Source: Actinomycetota bacterium (lineage in GTDB: Bacteria; Actinomycetota; UBA4738; HRBIN12). From it: 64,000 nucleotides of DNA. The position numbers and the translations under genes are program-made. Where the stretch lies: assembly GCA_005884925.1 (NCBI GenBank), contig VAYU01000031.1:3548-67547 (forward strand), given 5' to 3'. Below, in pieces: positions 9,068 through 18,308 of the stretch. The notes under the pieces were generated by a model. It was not told the origin of the DNA. It searched no databases and saw only the letters and a program-made list of their open reading frames with translations. Every line of letters starts with the position of its first letter. Position 1 is the stretch's first letter.

Positions 9068-9847
9068 CTACCCGGGGAGGAACCTCGTCCGGACGGCGAT
9101 CTCCGCGGTGAACGCGGTCACGACCGCGAGGTAGTAGAAGCCCGTCGCGGACTGCACCGCCGCGGCCCGCTCGCCGCGCAACGCCGCCCGCACAACGACC
9201 GCGATCAGCAGCGTCGCCGCCGCCATGCCGATCGCGATCCACGGCGCGAGGGCACCGGCCGTGAGCAAGGGGTTGAGCTGTGCGGAGGACGGCGTCCCAC
9301 CGAAGCCGCTCGTCGCGATCGCGGCGATCTCGACACCGGTCGTGACGATCAGGACGAGGGTTGCGCGGCCGATCGGCCGTCTCGTGAGCTTCCGGTCGGT
9401 CAGGTACCAGTGTCCGAGGAACAACCCGTCATTGGCGGCGCCGAGGAACGCGGCACCGGCCGCCAGCTGGAACAGCGACACGAGGGAGCCCTGCCGCCCA
9501 GTCGCGGCCATGACGGCGAGGACCGCGAGGGAGACCGGGACCGAGACGATCCCGACGACCCGTCCGAACAGCGGCTGCCGAAGGAGGAACGCGCCGGCGG
9601 TGGCGGTGCCCAGCACCGCGACCGCGAGCGCGAGCGAGGTCACCCGCCTGCCCGTGTCACCCGCCACGGCGCCCGAGGACGCCGCGAACCACGCGGGCCA
9701 CGCGAACAGCAGCGTCGTGAGGACGCTCCAGAGGGTGAAGTACGAGCGCTTCGTCTCGTTCCAGAGCGGAGAGAGCCAGGTGAACGTCGCGGCGCCCGCG
9801 AACGTCTCGGCGAGCACGAGAGCCAGGACCCCGGCGACACCGGTCAC
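9068..9847 (-). CDS. Polytopic membrane protein with GHWYL motif
   Basis: About 7 TM helices; DGLFLGHWYL and VQSATGFYY motifs; start uncertain. Confidence 0.65.
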   Translation of the reverse strand: MTGVAGVLALVLAETFAGAATFTWLSPLWNETKRSYFTLWSVLTTLLFAWPAWFAASSGAVAGDTGRRVTSLALAVAVLGTATAGAFLLRQPLFGRVVGIVSVPVSLAVLAVMAATGRQGSLVSLFQLAAGAAFLGAANDGLFLGHWYLTDRKLTRRPIGRATLVLIVTTGVEIAAIATSGFGGTPSSAQLNPLLTAGALAPWIAIGMAAATLLIAVVVRAALRGERAAAVQSATGFYYLAVVTAFTAEIAVRTRFLPG

Positions 9848-9954
9848 GCGTACGATCCCGCGAACGACCTCGACATCGCGGCACAGGGTAGTGGCCGCAG
9901 CCCGGCGGAGGATCCTTCCGTCGTTCACAGCCTCCCCCGGTACCCTTGCCCGTC

Positions 9955-10746
9955 ATGGACGACTGGCGGTCCTACGACGACGTGGCGGTCACGTACGAAC
10001 GCGTCCATGCTCCTCGGTTCGCCGAACCGGCCCGTGACCTGCTCGCGCTGGCCGGCGTCCACGCCGGCCATCGCGTGCTCGACGTCGGCACGGGCACCGG
10101 CGTGGCCGCGGAGGTCGCCCGAGGGCTCGGCGCCGACGCCGTCGGCGTCGACGCCTCGCTCGGCATGCTGCGCGTGGCACACGCCGCCCACCCCGGGCTT
10201 CGCCTCGCAGCCGCCGGAGCGATCGATCTGCCCTTCCGCGACGGCTCGTTCGACGCCGTCGTCGGCACGTTCGTGCTGGCCCATTTCGCCAAGGTGGACA
10301 CCGCCCTCTACGACATCGTTCGCGTCGCCGCGCCCGGTGGCGCCGTCGCGTTCACGTCGTGGGCCGACGGCCGCGACGCGTTCAGCGACACCTGGCTCGA
10401 GCTCGTGAGCGAGGTGGTCCCGAAGGAGCTGCTCGAGCCCTCGATCGCGAAGGCGATCCCGAACCACGAGCGGTTCACGAAGCGTCAGGCGGTCGAGGTG
10501 GCGTTGCTCGACGCTGGGCTCCGTCGCGTCCGCACCGAGCCGGCGCAGTACGAGTGGAGCTACACGCTCGACGATTACCTCGACGGGCTCGAGGTCTGGG
10601 CCGTCGGCCGCTTCGCCAAGGAGATGCTCGGCGGCGCCGCCTGGGCCGGCTTCCGCGAGCGCGCGCGGACGGTGTTCGCCGACCGGTTCCCGGATCCCCT
10701 GCACGACCGGCGCGACGTGCTCCTTGCCATCGGCATCAAGGAGTAG
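9955..10746 (+). CDS. Class I SAM-dependent methyltransferase
   Basis: RVLDVGTGTG, GVDASLGML, LPFRDGSFDAV, APGG. Confidence 0.9.
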   Translation: MDDWRSYDDVAVTYERVHAPRFAEPARDLLALAGVHAGHRVLDVGTGTGVAAEVARGLGADAVGVDASLGMLRVAHAAHPGLRLAAAGAIDLPFRDGSFDAVVGTFVLAHFAKVDTALYDIVRVAAPGGAVAFTSWADGRDAFSDTWLELVSEVVPKELLEPSIAKAIPNHERFTKRQAVEVALLDAGLRRVRTEPAQYEWSYTLDDYLDGLEVWAVGRFAKEMLGGAAWAGFRERARTVFADRFPDPLHDRRDVLLAIGIKE

Positions 10747-10808
10747 CAGCCAGCGAGCGCCGTTCCGATCATCGCGCCGGCCGATCTGCCGCGCCGAGCG
10801 GTCGCGCC

Positions 10809-10835
10809 GGTTTGTCGCGCGCGGCGAACGGGAAC
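10809..10835 (+). promoter_or_regulatory. SigB/SigF-type general stress promoter of the ligD operon
   Basis: GGTTT-N16-GGGAAC 26 nt upstream of ATG 10862, resembling the actinobacterial SigF/SigB consensus GGWWT-N16/17-GGGTAY. Confidence 0.6.
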
Positions 10836-10861
10836 CTGTTCCTCGGAGAGCCGAGGGAGCG

Positions 10862-11455
10862 ATGGCCAGGAACGACCGACTCCGGCGGTACCGCGAGAAG
10901 CGGGACCTCGCGCGTTCGGGTGAACCATCGGGCGGACGACGGCGATCCCGCCCACGGTTCGTGATCCAGCAGCCCGACGCGACCACGATGCACTACGACT
11001 TCCGCCTGGAAGCGGACGGCGTGCTCAAGTCGTGGGCCGTGCCCAAAGGCCCATCGACCGATCCTCGCGAGAAACGGCTCGCCATGCCGACCGAGGACCA
11101 TCCCCTCGACTACGCGAGGTTCGAAGGGGTGATCCCCGAGGGCGAGTACGGGGCGGGACCCGTGATCGTGTGGGATACCGGCACGTATCGGAATCAGACC
11201 CACCGTGACGGGGAGGCCGTCTCGGTCGAACGAGCGGTCGACGACGGCCATGTCTCGGTGTGGCTGGATGGATGCAAGCTCTCCGGCGGATATGCCCTGA
11301 CCAGGATCGGGAAGGGCGAGCGCCCCCGCTGGCTGCTGGTGAAGGAAGCCGACGAACGCGCGGACGCACGCCGGAAGCCGGTGCGGACCCGACCTGAGTC
11401 CGTGATCTCCGGTCGGACGATCGAACAGGTGGCCGACGAGCAGGGGACCCGATGA
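10862..11455 (+). CDS. ligD: LigD 3'-phosphoesterase (PE) module, stand-alone
   Basis: YREKRD, FVIQQPDATTMHYDFRLE, KSWAVPKGPS, KRLAMPTEDHPLDY, YGAGPVIVWD. Confidence 0.92.
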   Translation: MARNDRLRRYREKRDLARSGEPSGGRRRSRPRFVIQQPDATTMHYDFRLEADGVLKSWAVPKGPSTDPREKRLAMPTEDHPLDYARFEGVIPEGEYGAGPVIVWDTGTYRNQTHRDGEAVSVERAVDDGHVSVWLDGCKLSGGYALTRIGKGERPRWLLVKEADERADARRKPVRTRPESVISGRTIEQVADEQGTR

Positions 11456-12456
11456 GCGACGTGTTCCGGTCGATCCCCACGAGGGATCGAACCGCTCTTC
11501 GGCCGTCGAAGCAGCCGTCGTGGACGGAACCGATGCTCGCCACGCTGACCGAGGAACGCTTCTCCGATCCCGCGTGGATCTTCGAGCCGAAGTACGACGG
11601 TGTCCGGTGCTTGGTGTTCCGCACGCCCGCGGACGTCCGGCTGCTGTCGCGGAACCAGAAGGCTCTGAACGACCATTACCCGGAACTCGAGGAGGCGCTC
11701 GAGCTCCAGTCATCGGACCGGTTCGTGGTCGACGGCGAGATCGTGGCCTTCGAGGGCAAGCGGACAAGCTTCGCGCGCCTGCAGCGACGGATGCAGATCG
11801 CGGACCGGGAACGTGCGCGGGCGAGCGGCGTGAAGGTCTTCCTGTACCTCTTCGACATCGTGCACGCGGACGGCTACGACCTCACCGGTCTGCCGTTGCG
11901 GACCCGGAAGAAAGCGCTCCGATCCGCGGTCGCGTTCCGCGATCCGCTCCGGTACAGTCCGCACCGCAACGAGGGCGGCGAATCGTATCTCCGCCAGGCG
12001 TGCGCTCGCGGTTGGGAGGGCGTGATCGCGAAACGCGCCGACGCACCGTACCGGCACGCGCGATCCACGGACTGGCTGAAGTTCAAGTGCGTCAACGAGC
12101 AGGAGTTCGTGATCGGCGGCTATACGGACCCGAAGGGTTCGCGGCACGGCTTCGGCGCACTGTTGATCGGCTACCACCGCGACGGAGAGCTCCGGTTCGC
12201 CGGGAAGGTCGGCACCGGGTTCGATGACGCGACGCTCGAGCGGCTCGGGCGACGTCTCGCGAGGATCGAGCGGGAGCGTCCGCCCTTCGCCACCGGACGG
12301 CTGCCTCGTCACGCGGTCCACTGGGTCGAACCTGCGCTGGTCGCGCAGGTGGCGTTCACGGAATGGACCCGCGACGGCCAGCTCCGTCACCCGCGGTTCC
12401 GCGGTCTTCGGGACGACAAGCCAGCACGTGACGTGGTTCGGGAGCAGGCGAGATGA
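11452..12456 (+). CDS. ligD: LigD-type ATP-dependent DNA ligase module
   Basis: EPMLATL, FEPKYDG, VDGEIV, EGVIAKR, WLKFK, GKVGTGF, LRHPRFRGLRDDK. Confidence 0.95.
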   Translation: MSDVFRSIPTRDRTALRPSKQPSWTEPMLATLTEERFSDPAWIFEPKYDGVRCLVFRTPADVRLLSRNQKALNDHYPELEEALELQSSDRFVVDGEIVAFEGKRTSFARLQRRMQIADRERARASGVKVFLYLFDIVHADGYDLTGLPLRTRKKALRSAVAFRDPLRYSPHRNEGGESYLRQACARGWEGVIAKRADAPYRHARSTDWLKFKCVNEQEFVIGGYTDPKGSRHGFGALLIGYHRDGELRFAGKVGTGFDDATLERLGRRLARIERERPPFATGRLPRHAVHWVEPALVAQVAFTEWTRDGQLRHPRFRGLRDDKPARDVVREQAR

Positions 12457-13400
12457 GCGAACGCCAGCCGATCCGGGTCGGGCGACGCACCTTCGAGGTC
12501 TCCAACCTGCACAAGGTCCTGTTCCCCGACGATGGGATCACGAAGGGCGATCTGATCGAGCACTACGAGCGCGTCGCCGAGCTGATGCTCCCGCACGTCA
12601 AGCAACGTCCGGCCGCGATGGAGCGCTACCCGGACGGCATCCGCGGGCCCCGCATCTTCCACAAGGACGTTCCGGACTACTTCCCGGACTGGATCGAGCG
12701 CGTCCGCGTCCGCAAAGCCGGAGGGTCGCTCCAGCAGGTCGTCTGCTCCGAAGCGGCCACCCTCGCGTACCTCGCGAACCAAGCGTGCATCACCCCCCAC
12801 GTGTTCCTGTCGCGGGTCGACCGGATCGACGAACCGGATCAGATGATCTTCGACCTCGACCCTCCCGGCGAGGGGTTCGACGACGCTCGGAAGGTCGCGC
12901 TCTCGTTGCGCGGCCTGCTCGACGAGCTCGCCCTCCCGTCGTTCGTCAAAACCACCGGGGGCAAGGGGCTCCACGTCGTGGTTCCGCTCGATCGGAGCGC
13001 CGGGTTCGACGAGGTGCGGACCTTCGCGCGCGACGTGGCCGACGTGCTGATCGAGCGCGACCCGGACAACCTGACGCGAGCACCGCGGAAGGAACGTCGT
13101 GGCGGGCGCCTGTTCCTCGACGTGATGCGGAACGCGTACGCGCAGACGGCGGCGCCGCCGTACGCCGTGCGCGCCCGACCCGGCGCACCGATCGCGACCC
13201 CGCTCGACTGGACCGAGGTGGAAGATCGCTCGCTGCGCCCGTCGCGGTTCACGATGTCGACGATCGGCGGGAAGCTGGAGCGCGACGACGATCCGTGGCG
13301 AGGGTTCCGGCGCAGGGGCAGATCCCTCCGCTCGGCACGCGCTCGGCTCGACAGGATGCACCGCGAGGGATCGGCCGAGCGCAAGCGGGTCGCCCGATGA
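12453..13400 (+). CDS. ligD: LigD polymerase (AEP primase-polymerase) module
   Basis: SNLHKVLFP, ITKGDL, RYPDG, FDLDP, KTTGGKGLHV, FLDVMRNAYAQT. Confidence 0.95.
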   Translation: MSERQPIRVGRRTFEVSNLHKVLFPDDGITKGDLIEHYERVAELMLPHVKQRPAAMERYPDGIRGPRIFHKDVPDYFPDWIERVRVRKAGGSLQQVVCSEAATLAYLANQACITPHVFLSRVDRIDEPDQMIFDLDPPGEGFDDARKVALSLRGLLDELALPSFVKTTGGKGLHVVVPLDRSAGFDEVRTFARDVADVLIERDPDNLTRAPRKERRGGRLFLDVMRNAYAQTAAPPYAVRARPGAPIATPLDWTEVEDRSLRPSRFTMSTIGGKLERDDDPWRGFRRRGRSLRSARARLDRMHREGSAERKRVAR

Positions 13401-13783
13401 CGGGACCGACGCGTCTGTGGGAGCTCCGGACGGTGGAGGGAGGCGCGAACGGGCTCGAGTTCGCGAGGTCGCGCCTGGACGCCGTCCACGATCAGGTCCT
13501 GGTGCACGCCGCGCCGACGAGGATGCGGGTCGAGGTCACGGACGATGGAGCCGCCCTGCTGGCGATCGGAGAGGATCTCCGCGCCGACACCGACACGCCG
13601 ATGACGCTGCTGCGGTTGGACGGCGTTCGCGTCCTCCGCGAGCAGATCTGGCCGACGGACGCCCACCTCGGGATGGCGGTGATCCTGCCGGGCGGGGAGG
13701 CTGGGCTGCTCCGTTCGTGGTGGAACGCCGACGACGAGCGCAGCTGGCGTTGGCAGATCGAGCTCACCGGCGGGCGCGGGTGA
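13397..13783 (+). CDS. Hypothetical protein translationally coupled to LigD polymerase
   Basis: ATGA overlap; 128 aa with typical GC3-rich codons; ILPGGEAG..SWWNADD..WRW motif. Confidence 0.7.
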   Translation: MTGPTRLWELRTVEGGANGLEFARSRLDAVHDQVLVHAAPTRMRVEVTDDGAALLAIGEDLRADTDTPMTLLRLDGVRVLREQIWPTDAHLGMAVILPGGEAGLLRSWWNADDERSWRWQIELTGGRG

Positions 13784-13804
13784 GGCCCCGGGGCTCGTCG
13801 GGTC

Positions 13805-14008
13805 CTATCGACCCAGGTGCGGTTCGAGGGTGGCGTAGATCGCCATCGCGTGGCCGTGCCCGAGCCCGTACTCCTCTTTGAGCCACGCGACGATCTGGCC
13901 GGCCTCACATCCGCTTCAACAGCCCTTTCGTGCGGGCGAGCCGCTCGAAGTCCTCCGGGTCTTGCCGGTCGTCTTCTGGATGTTGTCGATGTCGGCCTGG
14001 AAGTTCAT
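13805..14008 (-). pseudogene. DUF4287-like protein, frameshifted
   Basis: MNFQADIDNIQKTTGKT / EDFERLARTKGLLK / AGQIVAWLKEEYGLGHGHAMAIY recovered only by changing frame; SD AAGGAGG present. Confidence 0.75.
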
Positions 14009-14040
14009 CGCTCTCCCTCCTTCCCCGTTCCCGGAGAACG

Positions 14041-14766
14041 TCAGCTGAGGTCGAGGACGCGGTACTCCTCGGCGTGCTCCACCCCGATCGTCTCCCCCGC
14101 CCGGACCGCGTCCTTGCGCAGGAACTCGTCGAAGAAGCGGACCCCTTCGGTGAGCTGGCTCGCATGTCGCGCGAGCGCCTGGATCTTCATGTCGAAGAAC
14201 CCGGTCACGTCCTCGGTGCGGTTGGGCTCGTTCGACCAGCCCAGCCACACGTCGAACACGTCCTGGGTCTCGAGGCCGTCGCCGAGCTGCTCGCTGAAGA
14301 AATGCGGATTCCCGCTGCCGGGGAAGCAGCTGTCGAGCGCGATCCACCCGGCCGTGCGGTGATCGGAGTGGTTGTAGTAGCGGTGCTCGAAGAAGACCGC
14401 GGTGGGATCGCAGCTCACGACGGTCTCGGCGCGGACCTCGCGGATCCGCCGGATGACCGCCTCGCGGAGGATGCTCGTGTTCTCTAGCTCACCGTCGTGC
14501 GTCGAGAGCACGCGGGCGCTCGCGAGCCCCAGCACCTCGGCGCCTGCCTCCGTCTCCCGCTTCCGCGTCGCCGCGAGCTCGTCGCGGCTCGCCGTCGGAT
14601 CGGCGGAACCCCGATCCCCGTTCGTGAGGATCAGCAGGTGAACCTCGCGTCCCGTCGCGGCCCACCTCGCCATCACCCCACCGGCGCAGATCTCCGCATC
14701 GTCGGGGTGCGCGAACACGGCAAGGACCGGGCCGGTCCTCGGGGTGGGCTCGGCGTCCTCCGGCAT
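14041..14766 (-). CDS. PIG-L/LmbE family deacetylase
   Basis: AHPDDAE, TNGDRGS, NHSDH, ALARHASQ. Confidence 0.92.
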   Translation of the reverse strand: MPEDAEPTPRTGPVLAVFAHPDDAEICAGGVMARWAATGREVHLLILTNGDRGSADPTASRDELAATRKRETEAGAEVLGLASARVLSTHDGELENTSILREAVIRRIREVRAETVVSCDPTAVFFEHRYYNHSDHRTAGWIALDSCFPGSGNPHFFSEQLGDGLETQDVFDVWLGWSNEPNRTEDVTGFFDMKIQALARHASQLTEGVRFFDEFLRKDAVRAGETIGVEHAEEYRVLDLS

Positions 14767-14772
14767 CGGTGC

Positions 14773-16302
14773 CTACCGCTTCCGGGCACCCGCGCGGTCC
14801 TGGAGGAACCGGACCAGCGTGCGGACGGGCATCCCGGTGCCGCCCGCCGGCCCGAGGTCGTTCCCGTGCTCGGAATACGCGGGCCCCGCGATGTCCAGAT
14901 GGACCCAGGGCGTGTCGCCGACGAACTCGGCGAGGAACCACGACGCGGTGATCGCGCCACCGTAGCGCTTCCCGATGTTCTTGATGTCCGCCACCTTCGA
15001 GTCGATCAGGGTGCGGTAATCGGGGAAGAGCGGCAGCTGCCAGATCGGCTCACCGGTAGCCTCGCTCGCGCGGATCAGCTCGCCAGCAACCTCGTCGCTC
15101 GTGCCGATCGCGCCCCCCACGTCGGTGCCGAGCGCGACCATGCATGCGCCGGTCAGGGTGGCCGTGTCCACGATGCACACCGGGTCGTGCTCCGCGAGGT
15201 ATGCCAGCGCGTCCGCGAGCACCAGCCGGCCCTCGGCATCGGTGTTGAGCACCTCCGAGGTCTTCCCCCCGCGATGCGTGATCACGTCACCGGGCTTCTG
15301 CGCCGACCCGCTCGGCATGTTCTCCGAACACGGGATCGCCGCGATCACGTTGATCTTCACCTTCAGACGTGCGATCGCTTTCATCGTGCCGAGGATCGAC
15401 GCGGCGCCGCCCATGTCCATCTTCATCGTCTCCATGCCGGATGCGTCTTTGAGCGAGAGTCCCCCGGAGTCGAACGCGATGCCCTTGCCCGTGAGCGCGA
15501 TCGGGGCGGTCCGCGCGCCGGCCCCCCGGTACGTCAGCTCGATCATCCGGGGCGGATTGATCGAGCCCTTCCCCACGCCGAGGATCCCGCCGAAGCCGCC
15601 CTGGGCGAGCTGCATCTCGTTCCAGATCGTGCAGGCGATGCCCTCCTGCTTCGCCATCGCCTTCGCCACCTTGGCGATCTCCGCCGGCGGCAGGTCGCCG
15701 GCGGGTGTGTTGACGAGGTCGCGCGCCAACGTCACGGCGTCGACGAGGACGTCGGCCCGCGCGACCGCGTCTCGCGCCGCGCGCGCGTCCCACTTCGCGG
15801 AGCCGAGGATCGTGACCGTCTCGAGGGAGCCGTCGTCGTCCTGGGGGGTCGTCTTGTACCGGCGGAACCGGTACGCGCCGAGCCCGAGGCCCTCGGCCGC
15901 CGCCTGGACGGCGTCGGTCGCGTGCCGGGCGCCGAGGGCGAGTGGGAACGTCGTCGCGGCCGAGCCGAAACGCCTCGCGGTCCCGGCCGCGCGACCGAGC
16001 GCTCGACGCAACGCGGTGACATCGAACTCGGCCTTCGGACCCACGCCCACCAAGAGCGCTGCGCCGGCCGCGAAACCGGCTCCATCACGACCCCCGGCTC
16101 CATCACGATCCCCGACCCTGTCGCGACCCGTGACCAGCAGGGTCTCGCCCTTCTTGCCGGTCAGCTTTGCCGCACCGAACGCATCCCGCAGCCCGGTCTC
16201 GCGGACGCCCGGGCCCGGATCTCCGCCTTCGAACACCGGCAGGATCAGCAGGCCGGCGTCGACATCGGCCGGGGACTCGGTCGAGAACGCATACGTGGTC
16301 AC
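14773..16302 (-). CDS. pepA: Leucyl aminopeptidase (M17)
   Basis: GKGIAFDSGGLSLK, MKMDMGG, NTDAEGRLVLAD, ATLTGA, HLDIAG. Confidence 0.95.
   Translation of the reverse strand: MTTYAFSTESPADVDAGLLILPVFEGGDPGPGVRETGLRDAFGAAKLTGKKGETLLVTGRDRVGDRDGAGGRDGAGFAAGAALLVGVGPKAEFDVTALRRALGRAAGTARRFGSAATTFPLALGARHATDAVQAAAEGLGLGAYRFRRYKTTPQDDDGSLETVTILGSAKWDARAARDAVARADVLVDAVTLARDLVNTPAGDLPPAEIAKVAKAMAKQEGIACTIWNEMQLAQGGFGGILGVGKGSINPPRMIELTYRGAGARTAPIALTGKGIAFDSGGLSLKDASGMETMKMDMGGAASILGTMKAIARLKVKINVIAAIPCSENMPSGSAQKPGDVITHRGGKTSEVLNTDAEGRLVLADALAYLAEHDPVCIVDTATLTGACMVALGTDVGGAIGTSDEVAGELIRASEATGEPIWQLPLFPDYRTLIDSKVADIKNIGKRYGGAITASWFLAEFVGDTPWVHLDIAGPAYSEHGNDLGPAGGTGMPVRTLVRFLQDRAGARKR
16076..16129. 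repeat. In-frame 3 x 18-bp tandem repeat within pepA
   Basis: ccggctccatcacgaccc / ccggctccatcacgatcc / ccgaccctgtcgcgaccc encoding GRDRVG-DRDGAG-GRDGAG. Confidence 0.8.
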
Positions 16303-16425
16303 GGATCGATCCTCCTCATCGTGGACGTGGACGCGCGCGAGCGGTGGGCCAGTCTAGTGGGAGGCCGCGCGCCGGTGATCGGCGGGTCGCGCCGGTAGGC
16401 TGATGCCTCCCATGGGACGAGCGCC

Positions 16426-16746
16426 GTGAAGACGCGACGGGTCACCGACCTGGTCCACTTCGAGGACGACGCCGCTCGCACCGAGATCCTCTACGAGACC
16501 CCACGGCTGTTCTCCCAGGTCGTGTGTGTCCAGGGGTCGCAGGGGATCGGGCCGATGTCTGACGCGAGCTCGGACGGGTTGCTCGTGGTCCTCACCGGGG
16601 AGATCGCGACGCAGATCGGCAAGGCGCGGGCGCGGATGCAGCAGTGGGAGTCGGCGCTCGTCCCTGCGGGCGAGGAGCTCACGCTCCGCAACGCCTCCGA
16701 GGAGCCGTCGGTGGTGCTCCTGGTGCTTGCGCCGCCGCCCGCCTAG
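16426..16746 (+). CDS. Cupin-fold small protein
   Basis: Beta-rich pattern LLVVLTGE...LVPAGEELTLRN...VLLVLAP; metal-binding His residues absent. Confidence 0.7.
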   Translation: MKTRRVTDLVHFEDDAARTEILYETPRLFSQVVCVQGSQGIGPMSDASSDGLLVVLTGEIATQIGKARARMQQWESALVPAGEELTLRNASEEPSVVLLVLAPPPA

Positions 16747-18185
16747 GGCGTCTCGTCCGAGGCTGGGCGGCGGGGCAGGACCGCGAGGGCCACGACGAAC
16801 GCCGCGGAGAAGCCGGGGATGCTCCCCCCGAGCGCCGAATCACCGACGAGCGGGAACGGAAGCCCGAGCCAACCGTGCACGATGTGCTCGAGGCCGGAGG
16901 TCCACCATCCGACGAGGGTCGTCGGCGCGCACCACTGGAAGACGACGAAGCCGACCACCCACGGAAGGACGGCGCGCCACCGGATCCCCGATGGCGCGCC
17001 GTCGAAGAGCGCCTCCTCACCGAACCGGCCGTGCTCGCGGAGGCCCCAGTCGGCCAGGAACACGGCGAACAGCGGGACGAACACCGATCCGATCAGCAAG
17101 AGGAACCCCTCCAACGTCGCGGCCGCGTCGCTCCCGATCGCTGCCGCGATCGCGAGCCCCGCGGCCCCGACCGCTACGATCAGCGCGCGCTGGGACCACG
17201 CCGGGCGCGCGTTCTGCACGGTGATCGCGGAGGAATAGACGTTGGCCATCGCCTGGTCGGACTCGCCGACCAGGAGCGCCAACAGCACGACCCCGCCGCC
17301 GGCCACGGCGGCGATCGTCGTCCCGAGGTCCAGCACGTCCGTCCCGGATCCCGCCGCCAACACGAGCAGCGCTCCCAGCAGGTAGAACCAGACGTTCCCC
17401 AGCGCGTAGCCGGCCGCGGTGCCCACGAACGCCGCCCGCGGCTCACGTCCGAACCGGGAGTAATCCGCGACGAGGGGGAGCCACGAGATCGGCATCGCGA
17501 TCACGAGGTCCACGCCCAACCAGAATGGCAGCCCGCCCAGCCCGGGACGGGACCAGATGGCGCCGAGATCAGCCCCGGCGAGGACCTTCACGGTGATCCA
17601 GACCGCGACCGCCGCAACGATCCACACGCCGAAGCGCTCCAACCACCTCCGGACGGTGAAGATCGGGCCCGCGAGCGCGAGCGCCGTGCACACGACGGCC
17701 ACGACGAGCATCCAGAGGAACGTCGCATCGAGACCGAACAGATCGACCGAGACGGCGTTCGCGACCCGTCCCATCGCCCAGAACTCGAAGGCCGTCCACC
17801 CGATCAGCTGGACGAGGTTCGCAGCCGACGGAAGATAGGACCCGCGGAGCCCGAGTACCGGGCGGAAGAGCACCATCGATGGGACGCCGTCGCGGGCGCC
17901 GGCGGCCGCGACGAGCCCAAGCGGGACGCACCCGATCACGGTCCCGATCACGATCGCGAGCACCGCCATCGGCAGGCCGAGTCCCGGAACGAGCAACGCC
18001 CCGCTCACCAGGACGAGGAGCCCGATCGACAGGTCGCCCCAGAGGACCGCCAGGTCCAGCCCGGAGAATCGTCGGAGTGCGTCCGGGACGGGGCGGATCC
18101 CCCAGGTGGGCGTCTCGCGTTCGATGGCGTGCTCGAGCCGTTCGGTGACCGATGTCCCAGGTGCGATCGGTGTGATCGGTGTCAT
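16743..18185 (-). CDS. cytX: Purine-cytosine permease family transporter, CytX-like (thiamine precursor HMP)
   Basis: About 12 TMs, GVPSMVLFRPVLG, IGWTAFE, MPISWLPLVADYSR, ANVYS; TPP riboswitch directly upstream. Confidence 0.82.
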   Translation of the reverse strand: MTPITPIAPGTSVTERLEHAIERETPTWGIRPVPDALRRFSGLDLAVLWGDLSIGLLVLVSGALLVPGLGLPMAVLAIVIGTVIGCVPLGLVAAAGARDGVPSMVLFRPVLGLRGSYLPSAANLVQLIGWTAFEFWAMGRVANAVSVDLFGLDATFLWMLVVAVVCTALALAGPIFTVRRWLERFGVWIVAAVAVWITVKVLAGADLGAIWSRPGLGGLPFWLGVDLVIAMPISWLPLVADYSRFGREPRAAFVGTAAGYALGNVWFYLLGALLVLAAGSGTDVLDLGTTIAAVAGGGVVLLALLVGESDQAMANVYSSAITVQNARPAWSQRALIVAVGAAGLAIAAAIGSDAAATLEGFLLLIGSVFVPLFAVFLADWGLREHGRFGEEALFDGAPSGIRWRAVLPWVVGFVVFQWCAPTTLVGWWTSGLEHIVHGWLGLPFPLVGDSALGGSIPGFSAAFVVALAVLPRRPASDETP

Positions 18186-18186
18186 G

Positions 18187-18280
18187 AGCTCCCTCCGCCG
18201 GTCCTGACCGGATCAGGTTCGAAGGGTCGCCGGTTCCGCAACCGGCCTCTCAGCCCGGTTCCACCGGGCTCCCCTGCATC
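18187..18280 (-). ncRNA. TPP (thi-box) riboswitch
   Basis: Minus strand GGGGAGCCC...GGGCTGAGA...GACCCTTCGAACCTGATCCGGTCAGGACCGGCGGAGGGAG, ending 3 nt before the ATG so that the aptamer 3' strand is the SD. Confidence 0.93.
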
Positions 18281-18308
18281 GGTTCCACGCTAGCACGAGG
18301 TCGAGCGA

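Noticed and set aside
10826-10842. GAAC...GTTC as a LexA SOS box upstream of ligD
   Set aside because: Half-site spacing is 2 or 9 nt rather than 4; better explained as the -10 of a SigB/F-type promoter
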